Shown: piece after piece, positions 31,022 to 41,891 of the stretch
Layout of the letters: the number at the start of each line of letters is the position of its first letter
Position numbering within the stretch: the first letter of the stretch is position 1
Assembly (NCBI GenBank): GCA_965208325.1
Contig: OZ242326.1
Coordinates: 3,264,001 to 3,328,000 of the forward strand
From: Candidatus Poribacteria bacterium
Lineage (GTDB): Bacteria; Poribacteria; WGA-4E; PCPOR2b
Length of the DNA stretch: 64,000 bases
Reading direction: 5' to 3'
Position numbers and translations under genes: made by a program
Notes under the pieces: generated by a model
Database searches by the model: none
Told to the model about the DNA's origin: nothing
What the model saw: the letters and a program-made list of their open reading frames with translations, nothing else

Positions 31022-33370
31022 CTATCCACTGCGGGCGGCTTGGAGTATACGATCTGCCCATCCACCGGGTTTGATTGGGCCGCTCAAATCCTCGCCATCC
31101 AGCGCGGCGGGCAGCCCCCAGAGTATCAGGTTTAGGTGGGAACCGTAATCGCCGAGCACCTCACCGGTATTCTCATCACCTCGCGTGCCGCCGGCAGAAT
31201 TCCAGATGTAACCTTGTTTAACGATAGTTTCGTAGTCTCGGCGGACTATCTCCAATCCGAATTCGGGTTCTCCCTCATACACGTACATCATGGCGAGGAA
31301 CGGAAGGTAGCAGGTGAGGACCGTATAAGTGCCGAACCCGATATTTTGCACTGGCGTTCCGTCGGGGTTGGCGTAATTAAGTGCACCAAATTCGGTAAGG
31401 GCAACATTTGTCCGCTTTATGGTATCCAACGTGGTCTTCACTCGATCGCTTCGGAAGACACCATCTAACCCTTCGGACCTCGCCATCCACTCGCCATCCA
31501 ACTGGTATGCAAGGATTAGGTCGGACTTCTTGCCGGTTGTGGGCTCGAAATAGTTCAAGTAGTAATCTCCGGTCCACAGTTTGGTCTCCAATGAATTACT
31601 TCCCTGTGCAAACCAGTCTCTACATTGGTCGGCGAACTCCGTATCCCCCATTTCTTCAGCCATGCGTTCAGCCATCTTTAGATGCGCTAGGTGGATACCT
31701 GCCACATGAGCCGTCATTCCGTGGTACTCGCACATCTCAATCCAATCGGTACCGAAACCCGGCGCAAAACCTAGTATGGCGGCGTTCTGTTCATGCGCAA
31801 CGCTGATTATGCCGTCGGGGCCGAGATCGGGCCTCAAATTCATGGTGTAAATTGTAGTCTTCTTTACGGATTCGTAGAACTCTTTAAGCATCTCGTCGTC
31901 GCCGGTACAATTCCAATACCGATTCACAATATCCACATATTGGGGGGCGTTGGTTGCGGTCTGCCATCCGGGCGTTGCACTTACCATACCGCATGGTGGG
32001 GTATGATAACTAAACCCGCTGAACATGAATGCGGTGGCACCTTCCGGACTCTGATACGCCTTGAACGCGCGAAGCGTGGACAACGCCAGTTCGGGGAAGA
32101 AGTATACGATTGGAATGTTTCCCTCGAAAGTTGGGGGCAGGCATTCAATCTGCGGGCAATATTTAGGGGATTCATTCATGCCGAAAATACCATCTTCCTC
32201 CCGGCACCACTCCCCAATCGGCGGTTCTGCTACCGCCCACATGCTGTTTTCAGCGATGTGGTTTAAGCCATTCAGCAGCGAATCCTGCAACCATCCGGGC
32301 AATTTCTCCTCTGAATAGAAGACTTGCTGCCAAGCTAGAATGCGTTTTAATAAGGATTCATGATTTTCAGCCAAAACCTGCGCCGCGTCAAGCGCACTGC
32401 GGTATCTGGTTGTGTACATATGCGTGTACGTATATCCACCCGCCGTAGGTGTTCCCCCACCTTTCCAACGCGGGCTATACCAACCGAGGACAAACCGTGC
32501 AATTTTAGTTTCATGCGGGTCAAGAGAAAAGTCGACCGCCAGGGATGAGCCCGGTTTATATTCCAAGGCTTCAGGAAGCTGAGATTCAATTTTTGCCCAA
32601 GCTTCCCCGTTGATACCGAGTTCCCCGCCGTATCGGATTTTTTCGCTTCCTACCACGCCCAAGGCATATCCGATGCCGCGGCTATTTGCCACCGAGATTC
32701 CCGAGAAAGTCCCTTCTACGGCTTCACGGGCAAACGTCGTTGCGTCTTCCATCTCCTCATCAGAGGGACCAGGGAAACTGAAGGCGACGGTACCGTTCTG
32801 CGGGGTATCTTTCACGTTGCGCAGGTGCACCTCAAAGACCGCACCGGGAAGGAGGGACATATCGACATCTCCCGGAATGAACGGCGCCCAAGCCCTCATT
32901 CCAACGCTGACGGGCGTGTCTTGAAGGTCGTATTCCACATCAGCTACCGGATAGTGGCCCCAGTAATGGATTTCACGGAGCGGATCCCGCGGCAGGCTTC
33001 GGAGTTTCGGTTCGCCCGCTTCCCAGTAACATACCCAGTCTTGGGCACATTGCGCTTTGGTCAGCAACCGCGGTTCACCCTCAACGCTGATACCTAGGAA
33101 TGGGCGGTTGACTAGCCGGCGAGGGACATGAGAGTTAAAGAGTGTGCACAGCCCGAAGGTTCCATTGACCTCAAGGTCAATACATCCGGTGTCGATTGCC
33201 CCTAGCGGCATACCCTCGTTAGGCGGGCCCATTTCAATTCCGGATTCGCTGCGAGTGCGCTTCGTAGTAAAAATCATCCCGCTAACGGGCGCGGTAAATC
33301 CTTCTGCTTCAAACCTTATCCACTCCCGTTCAGGGAGATCTGTCGGGAAGAGTTTCTGATAATCATTCAT
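31022..33370 (-). CDS. GH116 (GBA2-like) glycosyl hydrolase
   Basis: 'GMPLGAIDTG', 'YWGHYPVAD', 'PFIPGD..S.LP', 'LWTGDYY', 'QLDGEW'; AGGAG RBS at MNDYQK. Confidence 0.82.
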   Translation of the reverse strand: MNDYQKLFPTDLPEREWIRFEAEGFTAPVSGMIFTTKRTRSESGIEMGPPNEGMPLGAIDTGCIDLEVNGTFGLCTLFNSHVPRRLVNRPFLGISVEGEPRLLTKAQCAQDWVCYWEAGEPKLRSLPRDPLREIHYWGHYPVADVEYDLQDTPVSVGMRAWAPFIPGDVDMSLLPGAVFEVHLRNVKDTPQNGTVAFSFPGPSDEEMEDATTFAREAVEGTFSGISVANSRGIGYALGVVGSEKIRYGGELGINGEAWAKIESQLPEALEYKPGSSLAVDFSLDPHETKIARFVLGWYSPRWKGGGTPTAGGYTYTHMYTTRYRSALDAAQVLAENHESLLKRILAWQQVFYSEEKLPGWLQDSLLNGLNHIAENSMWAVAEPPIGEWCREEDGIFGMNESPKYCPQIECLPPTFEGNIPIVYFFPELALSTLRAFKAYQSPEGATAFMFSGFSYHTPPCGMVSATPGWQTATNAPQYVDIVNRYWNCTGDDEMLKEFYESVKKTTIYTMNLRPDLGPDGIISVAHEQNAAILGFAPGFGTDWIEMCEYHGMTAHVAGIHLAHLKMAERMAEEMGDTEFADQCRDWFAQGSNSLETKLWTGDYYLNYFEPTTGKKSDLILAYQLDGEWMARSEGLDGVFRSDRVKTTLDTIKRTNVALTEFGALNYANPDGTPVQNIGFGTYTVLTCYLPFLAMMYVYEGEPEFGLEIVRRDYETIVKQGYIWNSAGGTRGDENTGEVLGDYGSHLNLILWGLPAALDGEDLSGPIKPGGWADRILQAARSG

Positions 33371-33670
33371 CAATTTTCTCCTTGCGATTTCATCATCTTC
33401 ACGCACAGCGATGTTTGCCGCGAGATTTTCCCCCCAAATTCATGGTAACTACGAGGATTTTCAAAAGCAATGCTAGACGATTTTGCCATGTAAAATCCTT
33501 GAGTTATTGGCGAATTGATAGTGCAGCCAATTTGAGGGAATTCCTCGCCTAGTGAGCGACGCGAACAGTTCTGTCATATTCAACGTTTTGGCAGGATTGA
33601 AATGAAACGAACCACCGGCGGATGGGCATAGATATGCTACCGCAATGCACAAGAGAGACAGGACAAAGCG

Positions 33671-35050
33671 TTATGCAAGAACTTCTGAAATTATTTTGCC
33701 GTGCACATCGGTTAACCGAAAGTCGCGGCCCCCATAACGGTAGGTGAGTTTTGTGTGGTCAATCCCCATTAAGTGGAGGATGGTGGCGTGGTAATCATGG
33801 ACATGGCACGGCTGCGAGACGATGCCTAAACCATACTCATCTGATTCACCATATGCTACGCCGCCCTTAATACCGGCGCCCGCGAGCAAACAAGTAAACG
33901 CTGTGCCATGGTGGTTGCGGCCAACGCCGTCCGAAAACGGCGTGCGGCCGAACTCGGTACAGATTGCGATGAGCGTTTCATCAAACATACCACGCTGCTT
34001 CAAATCCTTGACCAGCGCTGAGAGCGGCAGATCGACGCGTCGGGCTTTTGGACGATGTTCTTCCATGTTGCCGTGGGCGTCCCAGTTATCATTTGAGCCA
34101 GTGTCAATGAGTTCCACCACGCGTACGCCGTGTTCGACCATCCTTCGAGCCACCAAACACTGCCAAGCGAACGATTTGTTATCGTCTCTTTTTAGTCCGT
34201 ACAGGTTTAGGGTGGCATCGCTCTCCTTTGATACATCGAACATTTGCGGCGCGGCACGCGCCATACCCTTAGCGGTGTTGTCAGCATTCATTCGGGCACG
34301 CAGTTCCAAATCGCCGGGGCGCTGCTGTGCGTGAATTTCGTTGACATCGTGCAGCATGATTCGTTCAAGCTCCGCCAGCTTTAGCGACCTAGCGTTGGAT
34401 TTTAGATTGCGTATCGGTTCGTCTCCCGGAATGACGCGTACACCTTGATGCACCGGCGGCAAGAAATGACTGTCCCACACCTGCGACCCGGAGTAGGGGA
34501 TACGCTCGCACAACACCATGTACGATGGCAGGTCGAGGTTTTCCGTGCCTAGCCCATAACTCAACCATGCGCCGATGCTCGGCATCGGAACTGTTGCGGA
34601 TCCGGTGTGCATGGCAAGCGTCGCTTGAAAATGCTCTACAAGATCGGTGTGCATGCTTCTTATCACGCATAGGTCGTCGACTATGCTCCCAAGGTGAGGG
34701 AACAACTCGCTAATCATAAGCCCAGACTCGCCGTACGGCTGGAATTTGAAAGGCGAGCCCTTTGCCGGTTGCGTGGTGTTTCCCCACGCCGGAATCTCTT
34801 TGCCGTGATCTTGCTGCAGCTTCGGTTTATAGTCGAAAGTGTCGACGTGTGAGAACCCGCCCGTCAGAAACACGAAAATCAGATTCTTAGCCTTCGCCGG
34901 ATGATGGGTCAGCTTGGGCGCCAAAGGATGTCCGTTATGAAACTCTGCGGCGAGACACAGTTTGGTTATAGGGCCAAGCATAGTCGTGGCGCACCCGGTG
35001 AGTGCATAGTTCAGAAAATGCCGTCGATTGATTCGATGCTCTTCTTTCAT
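33671..35050 (-). CDS. DUF1501 protein (Tat-signal, sulfatase-like)
   Basis: 'NRRHFL', 'GGFSHVDTFDYKP', 'WDAH', 'EFGRTP', 'ILHLMGIDH.KLTY..GRDFRLTDV'. Confidence 0.9.
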   Translation of the reverse strand: MKEEHRINRRHFLNYALTGCATTMLGPITKLCLAAEFHNGHPLAPKLTHHPAKAKNLIFVFLTGGFSHVDTFDYKPKLQQDHGKEIPAWGNTTQPAKGSPFKFQPYGESGLMISELFPHLGSIVDDLCVIRSMHTDLVEHFQATLAMHTGSATVPMPSIGAWLSYGLGTENLDLPSYMVLCERIPYSGSQVWDSHFLPPVHQGVRVIPGDEPIRNLKSNARSLKLAELERIMLHDVNEIHAQQRPGDLELRARMNADNTAKGMARAAPQMFDVSKESDATLNLYGLKRDDNKSFAWQCLVARRMVEHGVRVVELIDTGSNDNWDAHGNMEEHRPKARRVDLPLSALVKDLKQRGMFDETLIAICTEFGRTPFSDGVGRNHHGTAFTCLLAGAGIKGGVAYGESDEYGLGIVSQPCHVHDYHATILHLMGIDHTKLTYRYGGRDFRLTDVHGKIISEVLA

Positions 35051-35075
35051 GGTTGCACCTGCCTGTCTATTGAAG

Positions 35076-37622
35076 TTAGTCAATGTAAAGAAATTCGTTG
35101 GCTGTCAATACGACTCGCGCGTAGCTTGACCACGTCTCCAATTCGCGTTGTTCAGGCGACATGTCGTACGCATTGAGTTCTTGAGACACTTGTGCGATAT
35201 ATTCTGTTGCGCGCTGCTGTTCGTCAATGTATGCTTCACGTCCATAAGCGACCTGGTGCGCGCGGTTGACGCGCTGGGCAGAGTCTATGGACGATTCAAT
35301 TAGTCGGTTCGCGAAAGCCGCCGCCTGTTTTTGCACCCATGGATGATTCCTCAGAAACAGCGACTGTTGCGGGACGGTTGATTGCTTTCGCTTGCCGGTA
35401 GTCGTGTTGGTGTCTGGCGAATCAAATAGACCGAGGAACGGATGCCGCTGAAGCCGCTGCGTCATCAGATAAACGCTGCGATGGTTTGATGGATAAGTCT
35501 TCTTCTTGAATGGGTAATGCTGCGTCCATCTCCACGTGCTAACGGGTGGAAATGGGTGTCCTCCTGGTGGGTTTAACTTCAGAAGCCCGCTGGCTGCCAT
35601 CATTGCGTCCCGAATTGCTTCGGCTTCGAGCCGGCGGCGGTCAAATCGCCAATGATAGGCATTGGCCGGGTCTATTGAGGCATTCTGAGCGTTATAATCG
35701 CTCGCGAGTTGATAGGTTTTCGAGGAGAGAATCAGCCGGTGCATCGCCTTAATCGACCAGCCGCTCTCAACGAACCGCTCTGCAAGATAATCAAGCAATT
35801 TTGGATGCGTTGGCATGGCGCCGCTGCGTCCAAAATTGGACGGCGTTGACACAATTCCCTTTCCAAAGTGGTATTGCCAGATACGATTGACCATGACCCG
35901 CGCAGTCAAAGGGTTCGCCTGGTCGGCCAGCCACTCCGCCAATTGAAGGCGGCCGCTCTGCCCGCCGGGAATGTCAAGAGAAGTGTTGCCGTTGAGGAAT
36001 TTGGGCGTGTTTCGTATGGCTACAGGCCCCGTCTCCTTTGGATTTCCCCCAATTTGAATGGGGACATCTACAGGGGTGCCATCCTGGACAGCATAGGCTT
36101 GAGGTAAATCGCCGGGCAGGTCCGACCGCGCGAGTTGCTGCTTGAGCTCCTTTTTCATTCTGTCAATTTGCCGTTTAACTCTGTCTCGGCGCTCAGTTAG
36201 CATCTTTTTTTGCGATTCGATAGTTGTAATATCCTGCCCCGCCTCCTTCAGTGCAGCAATCTCCTTGTCAACGCTTTCGACAATGAGATTCAATTCATCA
36301 CGTTTTTTCGCCGGCAAACTTTTACCTTCGAGGCGACGCATCTCGTCCTGAATCTGGGAAAGCTGTTTTCGATGCGAATCGACCCTTGGTTGAGCTTGCT
36401 CTGGCAGTAATAGGGGGACGAAATTCATACGCCGTTCGCTTCCGAACCGAAAAAGTTCGGAGCCGGTATAGGGATACTGTGTGCTGGCGAAAATGCCATA
36501 GAGGGCATAGTAGTCTTCCATCGTAACCGGGTCGAACTTGTGGTCGTGACAACGGGCGCACCTGAGCGTCATTCCCATAAACGCGCGCCCTACCGTCTCA
36601 ATGGTGTCTTCAATTATGAGATGGCGCAATTCGTAGGGAGACGTGCCGTAACGGCGGGACAAGGCGACGAACCCCGTGGCGATCACCTGCTCGGCAAAGC
36701 GTTCCGGACTTCCACCCTTAGCGAGGATGTCACCGGCTAGCTGTTCTTGAATAAACTCGTTGTACGGCTTGTCCGCATTAAACGCATCAATGATATAATC
36801 TCGGTATTGATGAATCTCGGGTATGGGATAATCTGCGTTGTCACCTGCCGTATCCGCGTAGCGTACTACATCCATCCAATGCCGCCCCCAGCGTTCGCCA
36901 TATCGGGGGGACGTTAACAGTTTCTCCACAAGCTTCTCAAATGCATCGGGGGATGTATCATTCACAAACGCGGAAACCGCGTCGGGCGAAGGCGGCAAGC
37001 CGATGAGACTGAAGTAGACGCGGCGGATGAGCGTGCGCTTGTCCGCCAGCGGATTGGGAGACAAATCGTGCGCAGCCCACCCGGCACTGATGAATTGATC
37101 TATTGGGTGATTTGACCAAGCGTTTGACGGGACGAGCGGTTCAACCTTTTTCACCGGTTCAAACGACCAGTGGGGTGCGCTCGGATCGGACACTTCCGCA
37201 CCCCAAGTTGACTCCGCTGGCCACAAGGCGCCGCTGCTCACCCAGTTTTCAAAGTCGGCTACAACGTGATTTGGGAGTTGCTCGTCGGGCGGCATGTGAA
37301 CATATGCCGTATCATCATGCCGAATCGCGTCAAGCAACAAACTTGCGTCCGGCTGACCGGGAACAATGGCTGGACCGTGATATCCGCCTTCAATCAAAGC
37401 TTCCCGCGAATCTACGCGGAAACCGTTGTTGACCTCCTCGCCGCCGTGGCAATTGAAACAGGTGTTTAACAACACGGGACGTATTTTCGCCTCAAAAAAA
37501 GCGTGCTGTTCATCTTGAAACTCTTGCTCGGCGCCTGTCGCCGCCGCTAGATTGAGGCAAAATGGTATGGATAAAGCAACTACCATTCCCATTAAAAATA
37601 CGATTCTATTCCGCCTTAGCAT
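35076..37622 (-). CDS. PSD1/PSCyt2 (DUF1553/DUF1549) planctomycete cytochrome c domain protein
   Basis: CFNCH and CARCHDHK haem motifs, 'YGERWGRHWMDVVRYADT', 'NPLTARVMVNRIWQ'. Confidence 0.92.
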   Translation of the reverse strand: MLRRNRIVFLMGMVVALSIPFCLNLAAATGAEQEFQDEQHAFFEAKIRPVLLNTCFNCHGGEEVNNGFRVDSREALIEGGYHGPAIVPGQPDASLLLDAIRHDDTAYVHMPPDEQLPNHVVADFENWVSSGALWPAESTWGAEVSDPSAPHWSFEPVKKVEPLVPSNAWSNHPIDQFISAGWAAHDLSPNPLADKRTLIRRVYFSLIGLPPSPDAVSAFVNDTSPDAFEKLVEKLLTSPRYGERWGRHWMDVVRYADTAGDNADYPIPEIHQYRDYIIDAFNADKPYNEFIQEQLAGDILAKGGSPERFAEQVIATGFVALSRRYGTSPYELRHLIIEDTIETVGRAFMGMTLRCARCHDHKFDPVTMEDYYALYGIFASTQYPYTGSELFRFGSERRMNFVPLLLPEQAQPRVDSHRKQLSQIQDEMRRLEGKSLPAKKRDELNLIVESVDKEIAALKEAGQDITTIESQKKMLTERRDRVKRQIDRMKKELKQQLARSDLPGDLPQAYAVQDGTPVDVPIQIGGNPKETGPVAIRNTPKFLNGNTSLDIPGGQSGRLQLAEWLADQANPLTARVMVNRIWQYHFGKGIVSTPSNFGRSGAMPTHPKLLDYLAERFVESGWSIKAMHRLILSSKTYQLASDYNAQNASIDPANAYHWRFDRRRLEAEAIRDAMMAASGLLKLNPPGGHPFPPVSTWRWTQHYPFKKKTYPSNHRSVYLMTQRLQRHPFLGLFDSPDTNTTTGKRKQSTVPQQSLFLRNHPWVQKQAAAFANRLIESSIDSAQRVNRAHQVAYGREAYIDEQQRATEYIAQVSQELNAYDMSPEQRELETWSSYARVVLTANEFLYID

Positions 37623-38047
37623 TTTAAACTCCCCATAGGTTGCTAAATTGTACCTGAAAAATACTAAAATCTCAAGGAAAATCAAGGTACGGCGTTGCTT
37701 GGCGGCAATGAAAATTAAATCGCCGGCGCCTAACAAAACTCATCTTGGAGATTGCGTGAAGCAAATCGAACAATAATCTCACACCGTACGGGAATTTTTG
37801 CCAACAAATCCTAGCTTGAAAATTGACAAATCGGGCTGGTTTATTTCTCGCTAGTTTTTTGGAGAGTGCATTTGCTATAATTTTACTCCTCACGCGGCAG
37901 TGACGATAAATTGTCCAAGATACATTGAAATCTAACGAACCTGTAACCTGCGCCTGCGCGTTAATCCTAATTGTTAAATCATACCGGGAAATTTATCAGG
38001 ATACTCATCAATCCTTTTTCTGGTGACGCAACGGTTCTTAATCTCGG

Positions 38048-38746
38048 ATGAACATGATGAAGAACACCGAAATTGATGTAATATTTCCGGAGGCGCTTTT
38101 TGATTACGAACGCTTTGAGCATAGGCATCTATTTGCGAATGTCCGCTATGTGTGGGAAGCGTTGCTGTTATTGAGGGATTATATTGCGAAATGTATTGCC
38201 CGGCCGCGCCGCCAAATGAATGCAGACATTATGCAAGGCGCAATCGTAGGGCCCGATGTCATATTAGGTGAAGGTGTAGTTATAGAGCCGAATGTATACA
38301 TCAAGGGGCCGGCAATTGTTGGCGACAGGACAGTGGTTCGACATTGCGCATACGTTCGCGAAAATGTCATCATCGGGGAAGATTGCGTTATTGGATATTC
38401 GACCGAAATTAAGCATTCGATTGTAATGAATGGAACACGGGCGGGCCATTGCAACTACATCGGCGATTCAATTATTGGATTTAACTCGAATCTAGGGGCA
38501 GGGGTCAAGTTCGCTAACAGAAAAATTACAGATACAGACGTAATTGCGCGAAATCTTGATGGGGAAAAATTTACAACGGGGCTTCGGAAACTTGGAGCTA
38601 TTACGGGTGACGATACGCAGATAGGTTGTAATTCGGTGCTGAACCCCGGCACGCTGCTTGGGAGGGGGTGTGTAGTGTACCCGGTACTGTCCGTCCAAGG
38701 GACGCATTCTCATCATGAAGTAATCAAGTCTATGTGCGATGTCTAA
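38048..38746 (+). CDS. GlmU-like left-handed beta-helix acetyltransferase (no nucleotidyltransferase domain)
   Basis: Hexapeptide repeats, 'H.NYIGDSIIG..NLGAG', 'RKLGAITGD..IGCNSVLNPG'; upstream of glmS. Confidence 0.82.
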   Translation: MNMMKNTEIDVIFPEALFDYERFEHRHLFANVRYVWEALLLLRDYIAKCIARPRRQMNADIMQGAIVGPDVILGEGVVIEPNVYIKGPAIVGDRTVVRHCAYVRENVIIGEDCVIGYSTEIKHSIVMNGTRAGHCNYIGDSIIGFNSNLGAGVKFANRKITDTDVIARNLDGEKFTTGLRKLGAITGDDTQIGCNSVLNPGTLLGRGCVVYPVLSVQGTHSHHEVIKSMCDV

Positions 38747-38791
38747 TGTGGATTAATCAAAGAATAGTAATCGGAATCAGGAGTACCTTTA

Positions 38792-40615
38792 ATGTGCGGG
38801 ATTGTCGGATATATCGGCAACAATTACGCTGATTCTGTATTGTGGACAGGATTGGAAAGACTTCAATACAGAGGATATGATTCAGCCGGAATCGCTGTCA
38901 TCAGCGACGGCGAATTGAACCTCAGGAAAATGGCAGGTAAGCTACACGTTCTAGACGAGAGCCTTCGCCAGAAGCCTATGCACGGCCCCATCGGTATTGG
39001 ACACACACGATGGGCGACACACGGCGAGCCGAATGAACGAAATGCTCACCCGCAAGTGGACGAACAACAGACGATAGCTGTCGTTCATAACGGTATTATC
39101 GAAAACTACCTTCAACTCCGGCAGGAATTGCAAGCACGCGGCCATGTATTCGTGTCGGATACTGATACGGAAGTGCTCGTACATTTATTTGAAGAAAATG
39201 TAAATGGAGACATTTTTGATGCCGTCCGCCGGACGCTTCAACGATTGGATGGAACGTTTGCCGCCGCCTTTATTCACCGGCAGTTTCCAGATTGCATTGT
39301 TGCGGCTCGACGCAATAACCCGCTGATTTTGGGACTAGGAAAAGATGAGAATTTCGTTACTTCGGATTTGCCCGCGCTGCCTACCCGTACACAGCGGGTG
39401 ATTTATCTTGAAGACAATCAGGTTGCTGTTGTAGGTCGAGAGCACATTGAGGTGCGGACGATATCGGGTGAGCGAATTGAACCGCAGATTCATCCTATTC
39501 ATCTGAGCGCCGAAACAATCGATAAAGGGGACTACCCGAACTTCATGCTCAAAGAGATACACGAACAACCTGATGTCTTACGGCGTTTATACAACGCGTA
39601 TGTGACGGATACGATGAGGGTTGATTTCGGGGAGTTTGGATTGGATGACTCATTTCTGGGCAAAGTCAACCGTATTGTAATACAGGCGTGCGGCACATCA
39701 TGGCATGCGGGCTTAATTGGCAAGTATTTGCTGGAGCGGTATACACGGATTCAAACAGAGGTGGACATCTCCTCCGAATTCCGCTATCGAAATCCAATTT
39801 TGGAGGGTGATACGCTGGTCATTTCAATTTCCCAATCCGGAGAAACCGCCGATACGCTGGAGGGGCTGCGCGAAGCACGAAGCAAGTCCATGCCGGTATT
39901 GGCTATCTGCAACATGATTAACAGTACCATAGCTCGGGAAGCAGACGCCGTGATAGACATTCACGCCGGGTTGGAAATTGGTGTGGCTTCAACCAAAGCC
40001 TATACGGCACAGATTGCCGTCCTTGGACTCTTCGCACTGCATATGGGACAGATTAAGGGGTTACTAGAATTTGAAGAAGTTCAACGTTTCCTCGCGGCGC
40101 TTCGAAAAGCCCCCATTCTTATAGAACGATTTATCCAAAAGCAGCAAATACAGGTATGCGCGGAGAAATACAGCGATGCGGGCGTGTACATATTTCTTGG
40201 ACGAAGCTACAACTATCCCAACGCTTTGGAAGGCGCACTCAAGCTGAAGGAAATCTCATATATTCATGCCGAAGGCCATCCCGCGGGCGAGATAAAACAT
40301 GGTCCTATTGCGTTAATCGACGGCAATGTGCCGGTCGTGTGCATTGCCAATAATAGCAGCATCTATTCGAAGGTTGTAAGCGCCATCCAGCAGGTGCGCG
40401 CTCGAGATGGAGTCATCATCGCAATCGCTAGCGAAGGCAACACGGAAATCCATGCACACGCTCAGGAGGTTATCTTTGTTCCGGAGATTGCGGAGGAGCT
40501 CTCACCCTTGCTGGTTGCGGTTCCGCTACAATTGCTCGCCTACCACAGTGCCGTTCATCGTGGGTGCGATGTCGATCAGCCGAGAAACTTGGCTAAGAGT
40601 GTTACCGTTGAGTAG
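38792..40615 (+). CDS. glmS: Glutamine--fructose-6-phosphate aminotransferase
   Basis: MCGIVG, 'YRGYDSAG', 'GHTRWATHG', 'SQSGETADT', C-terminal 'QPRNLAKSVTVE'. Confidence 0.97.
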   Translation: MCGIVGYIGNNYADSVLWTGLERLQYRGYDSAGIAVISDGELNLRKMAGKLHVLDESLRQKPMHGPIGIGHTRWATHGEPNERNAHPQVDEQQTIAVVHNGIIENYLQLRQELQARGHVFVSDTDTEVLVHLFEENVNGDIFDAVRRTLQRLDGTFAAAFIHRQFPDCIVAARRNNPLILGLGKDENFVTSDLPALPTRTQRVIYLEDNQVAVVGREHIEVRTISGERIEPQIHPIHLSAETIDKGDYPNFMLKEIHEQPDVLRRLYNAYVTDTMRVDFGEFGLDDSFLGKVNRIVIQACGTSWHAGLIGKYLLERYTRIQTEVDISSEFRYRNPILEGDTLVISISQSGETADTLEGLREARSKSMPVLAICNMINSTIAREADAVIDIHAGLEIGVASTKAYTAQIAVLGLFALHMGQIKGLLEFEEVQRFLAALRKAPILIERFIQKQQIQVCAEKYSDAGVYIFLGRSYNYPNALEGALKLKEISYIHAEGHPAGEIKHGPIALIDGNVPVVCIANNSSIYSKVVSAIQQVRARDGVIIAIASEGNTEIHAHAQEVIFVPEIAEELSPLLVAVPLQLLAYHSAVHRGCDVDQPRNLAKSVTVE

Positions 40616-40649
40616 GCAGTCGTCTTTACCAAGACAAATCAATTTAGCG

Positions 40650-40686
40650 AAGGGAGCGGCACCGCGAGGTGTCTCTCCCTTTTTTT
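40650..40686 (+). terminator. Rho-independent terminator after glmS
   Basis: AGGGAG..CACC-GCGA-GGTG..CTCCCT hairpin followed by a T-run. Confidence 0.7.
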
Positions 40687-41014
40687 GTGGTAAAAATTAG
40701 GATGGAATAGCAGCGGAAAATGGCTGATTTCTGGGTGAATCAATGTCGATGGTTACCTTTCACTGAAATGCGCCGGTCCGCTTGTGGTGCGGGTTCGTTG
40801 AAATCGCGGGGTAACCAAAAGGTAACCAAGAAAAAAGTTGTGTAGGTCTTTTGAGGGGCTGTGATGCTAAAATATTAGCATTCACTATTTAGAGGCGATT
40901 TTCAAGAAGATCGGGCGGCGGATCGCCGCGTCAAGGGGAAACCGGATGCGCAAGATCAGGGAAAGATAGTGCCAAAGGGGTCGTTTAGCACGGGTGATGT
41001 GTGGGATAGAGAGA

Positions 41015-41578
41015 CTAGCTCAGAGGATTTGCGGAAGCGGGTAGCGGAAAGAGGGTGGTAGATTCTGTGGGTTGGTTAGAGCGGAGTTGGTTTAACGCTG
41101 GGAAAATTAAGAATGTGAAATTCACGTGTGATATAGTCAAATCAGGAAAAGTAAGAGTAAATTTAGCGTTACGACAGTCGAAGGTAAATTTTCCTTTCTC
41201 CAGTAAATTTAGGCCGATTAGGCAATTGATTCCATTTAGCGATGTAAAGACATCACGCTCGCCATCTAAAACCTGAACTTTAGTGAGTCCACAATTGTAG
41301 GTTGGTTGCGAATCGGTAATTATCAGCTTGATATTAACAAGATATTGAGTGCAACCTACCAATTCGCCGCTACCTACGTAGGTTTTCGTCTCAGTATTCA
41401 GTAAGGGAGTTAAATTCAAGCGTTCTGAAATTGTTTTGCTGATTGTCGTTACATCTGCTCCCGTATCTATCCAAGCCGGCGTCTTGATAGGTGTGCCGAA
41501 TTCTTCGGTAGGTTTGCTTATTTCAATGTCAATAATGGGCCTTCTAGTGTAATCGCATCTGAACTCAAATTCAGGCAT
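41015..41578 (-). CDS. Retropepsin-like (clan AA) aspartyl protease
   Basis: 'AWIDTGADVTTIS' and 'CLIGLNLL' motifs; start overlaps the upstream stop. Confidence 0.8.
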   Translation of the reverse strand: MPEFEFRCDYTRRPIIDIEISKPTEEFGTPIKTPAWIDTGADVTTISKTISERLNLTPLLNTETKTYVGSGELVGCTQYLVNIKLIITDSQPTYNCGLTKVQVLDGERDVFTSLNGINCLIGLNLLEKGKFTFDCRNAKFTLTFPDLTISHVNFTFLIFPALNQLRSNQPTESTTLFPLPASANPLS

Positions 41579-41891
41579 AGTAGATTCTGGGTTCACTTCT
41601 AATTTCTTGGATAAAAAGCGGAATATACCCGAATCGCTTATATCCAGCCTCAGCACCTGTGGCTAAATCCTCATATACATCGACGACTTCTTCGTCCTTA
41701 ATTAAAACAAACTTGCCTTCTCCATACTTTTTTATCAGATGCTCTTTATTGGCTTCAAAAAACGCCAATTCCGTAAGAAATGTACCTTCCTTCGTTAGAT
41801 AAGGAAAAACATAATACTCGTGCATTCTCAAAGGGTCATCTTCTGGAGGCACATGTTCGTTTTCACGCACTTTAATTCTCGCCATCGTCAT
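41571..41891 (-). CDS. DUF5678-like small protein
   Basis: 'FFEANKEHLIKKYGEGKFVLIKDEEVVDVYED...A..GYKRFG..P.FI'. Confidence 0.65.
   Translation of the reverse strand: MTMARIKVRENEHVPPEDDPLRMHEYYVFPYLTKEGTFLTELAFFEANKEHLIKKYGEGKFVLIKDEEVVDVYEDLATGAEAGYKRFGYIPLFIQEIRSEPRIYYA

Noticed and set aside
37740..38047. glmS ribozyme upstream of the glmU-like/glmS operon
   Set aside because: The conserved AGCGCC...GACGAGG core was not found by eye; an Rfam scan would settle it.
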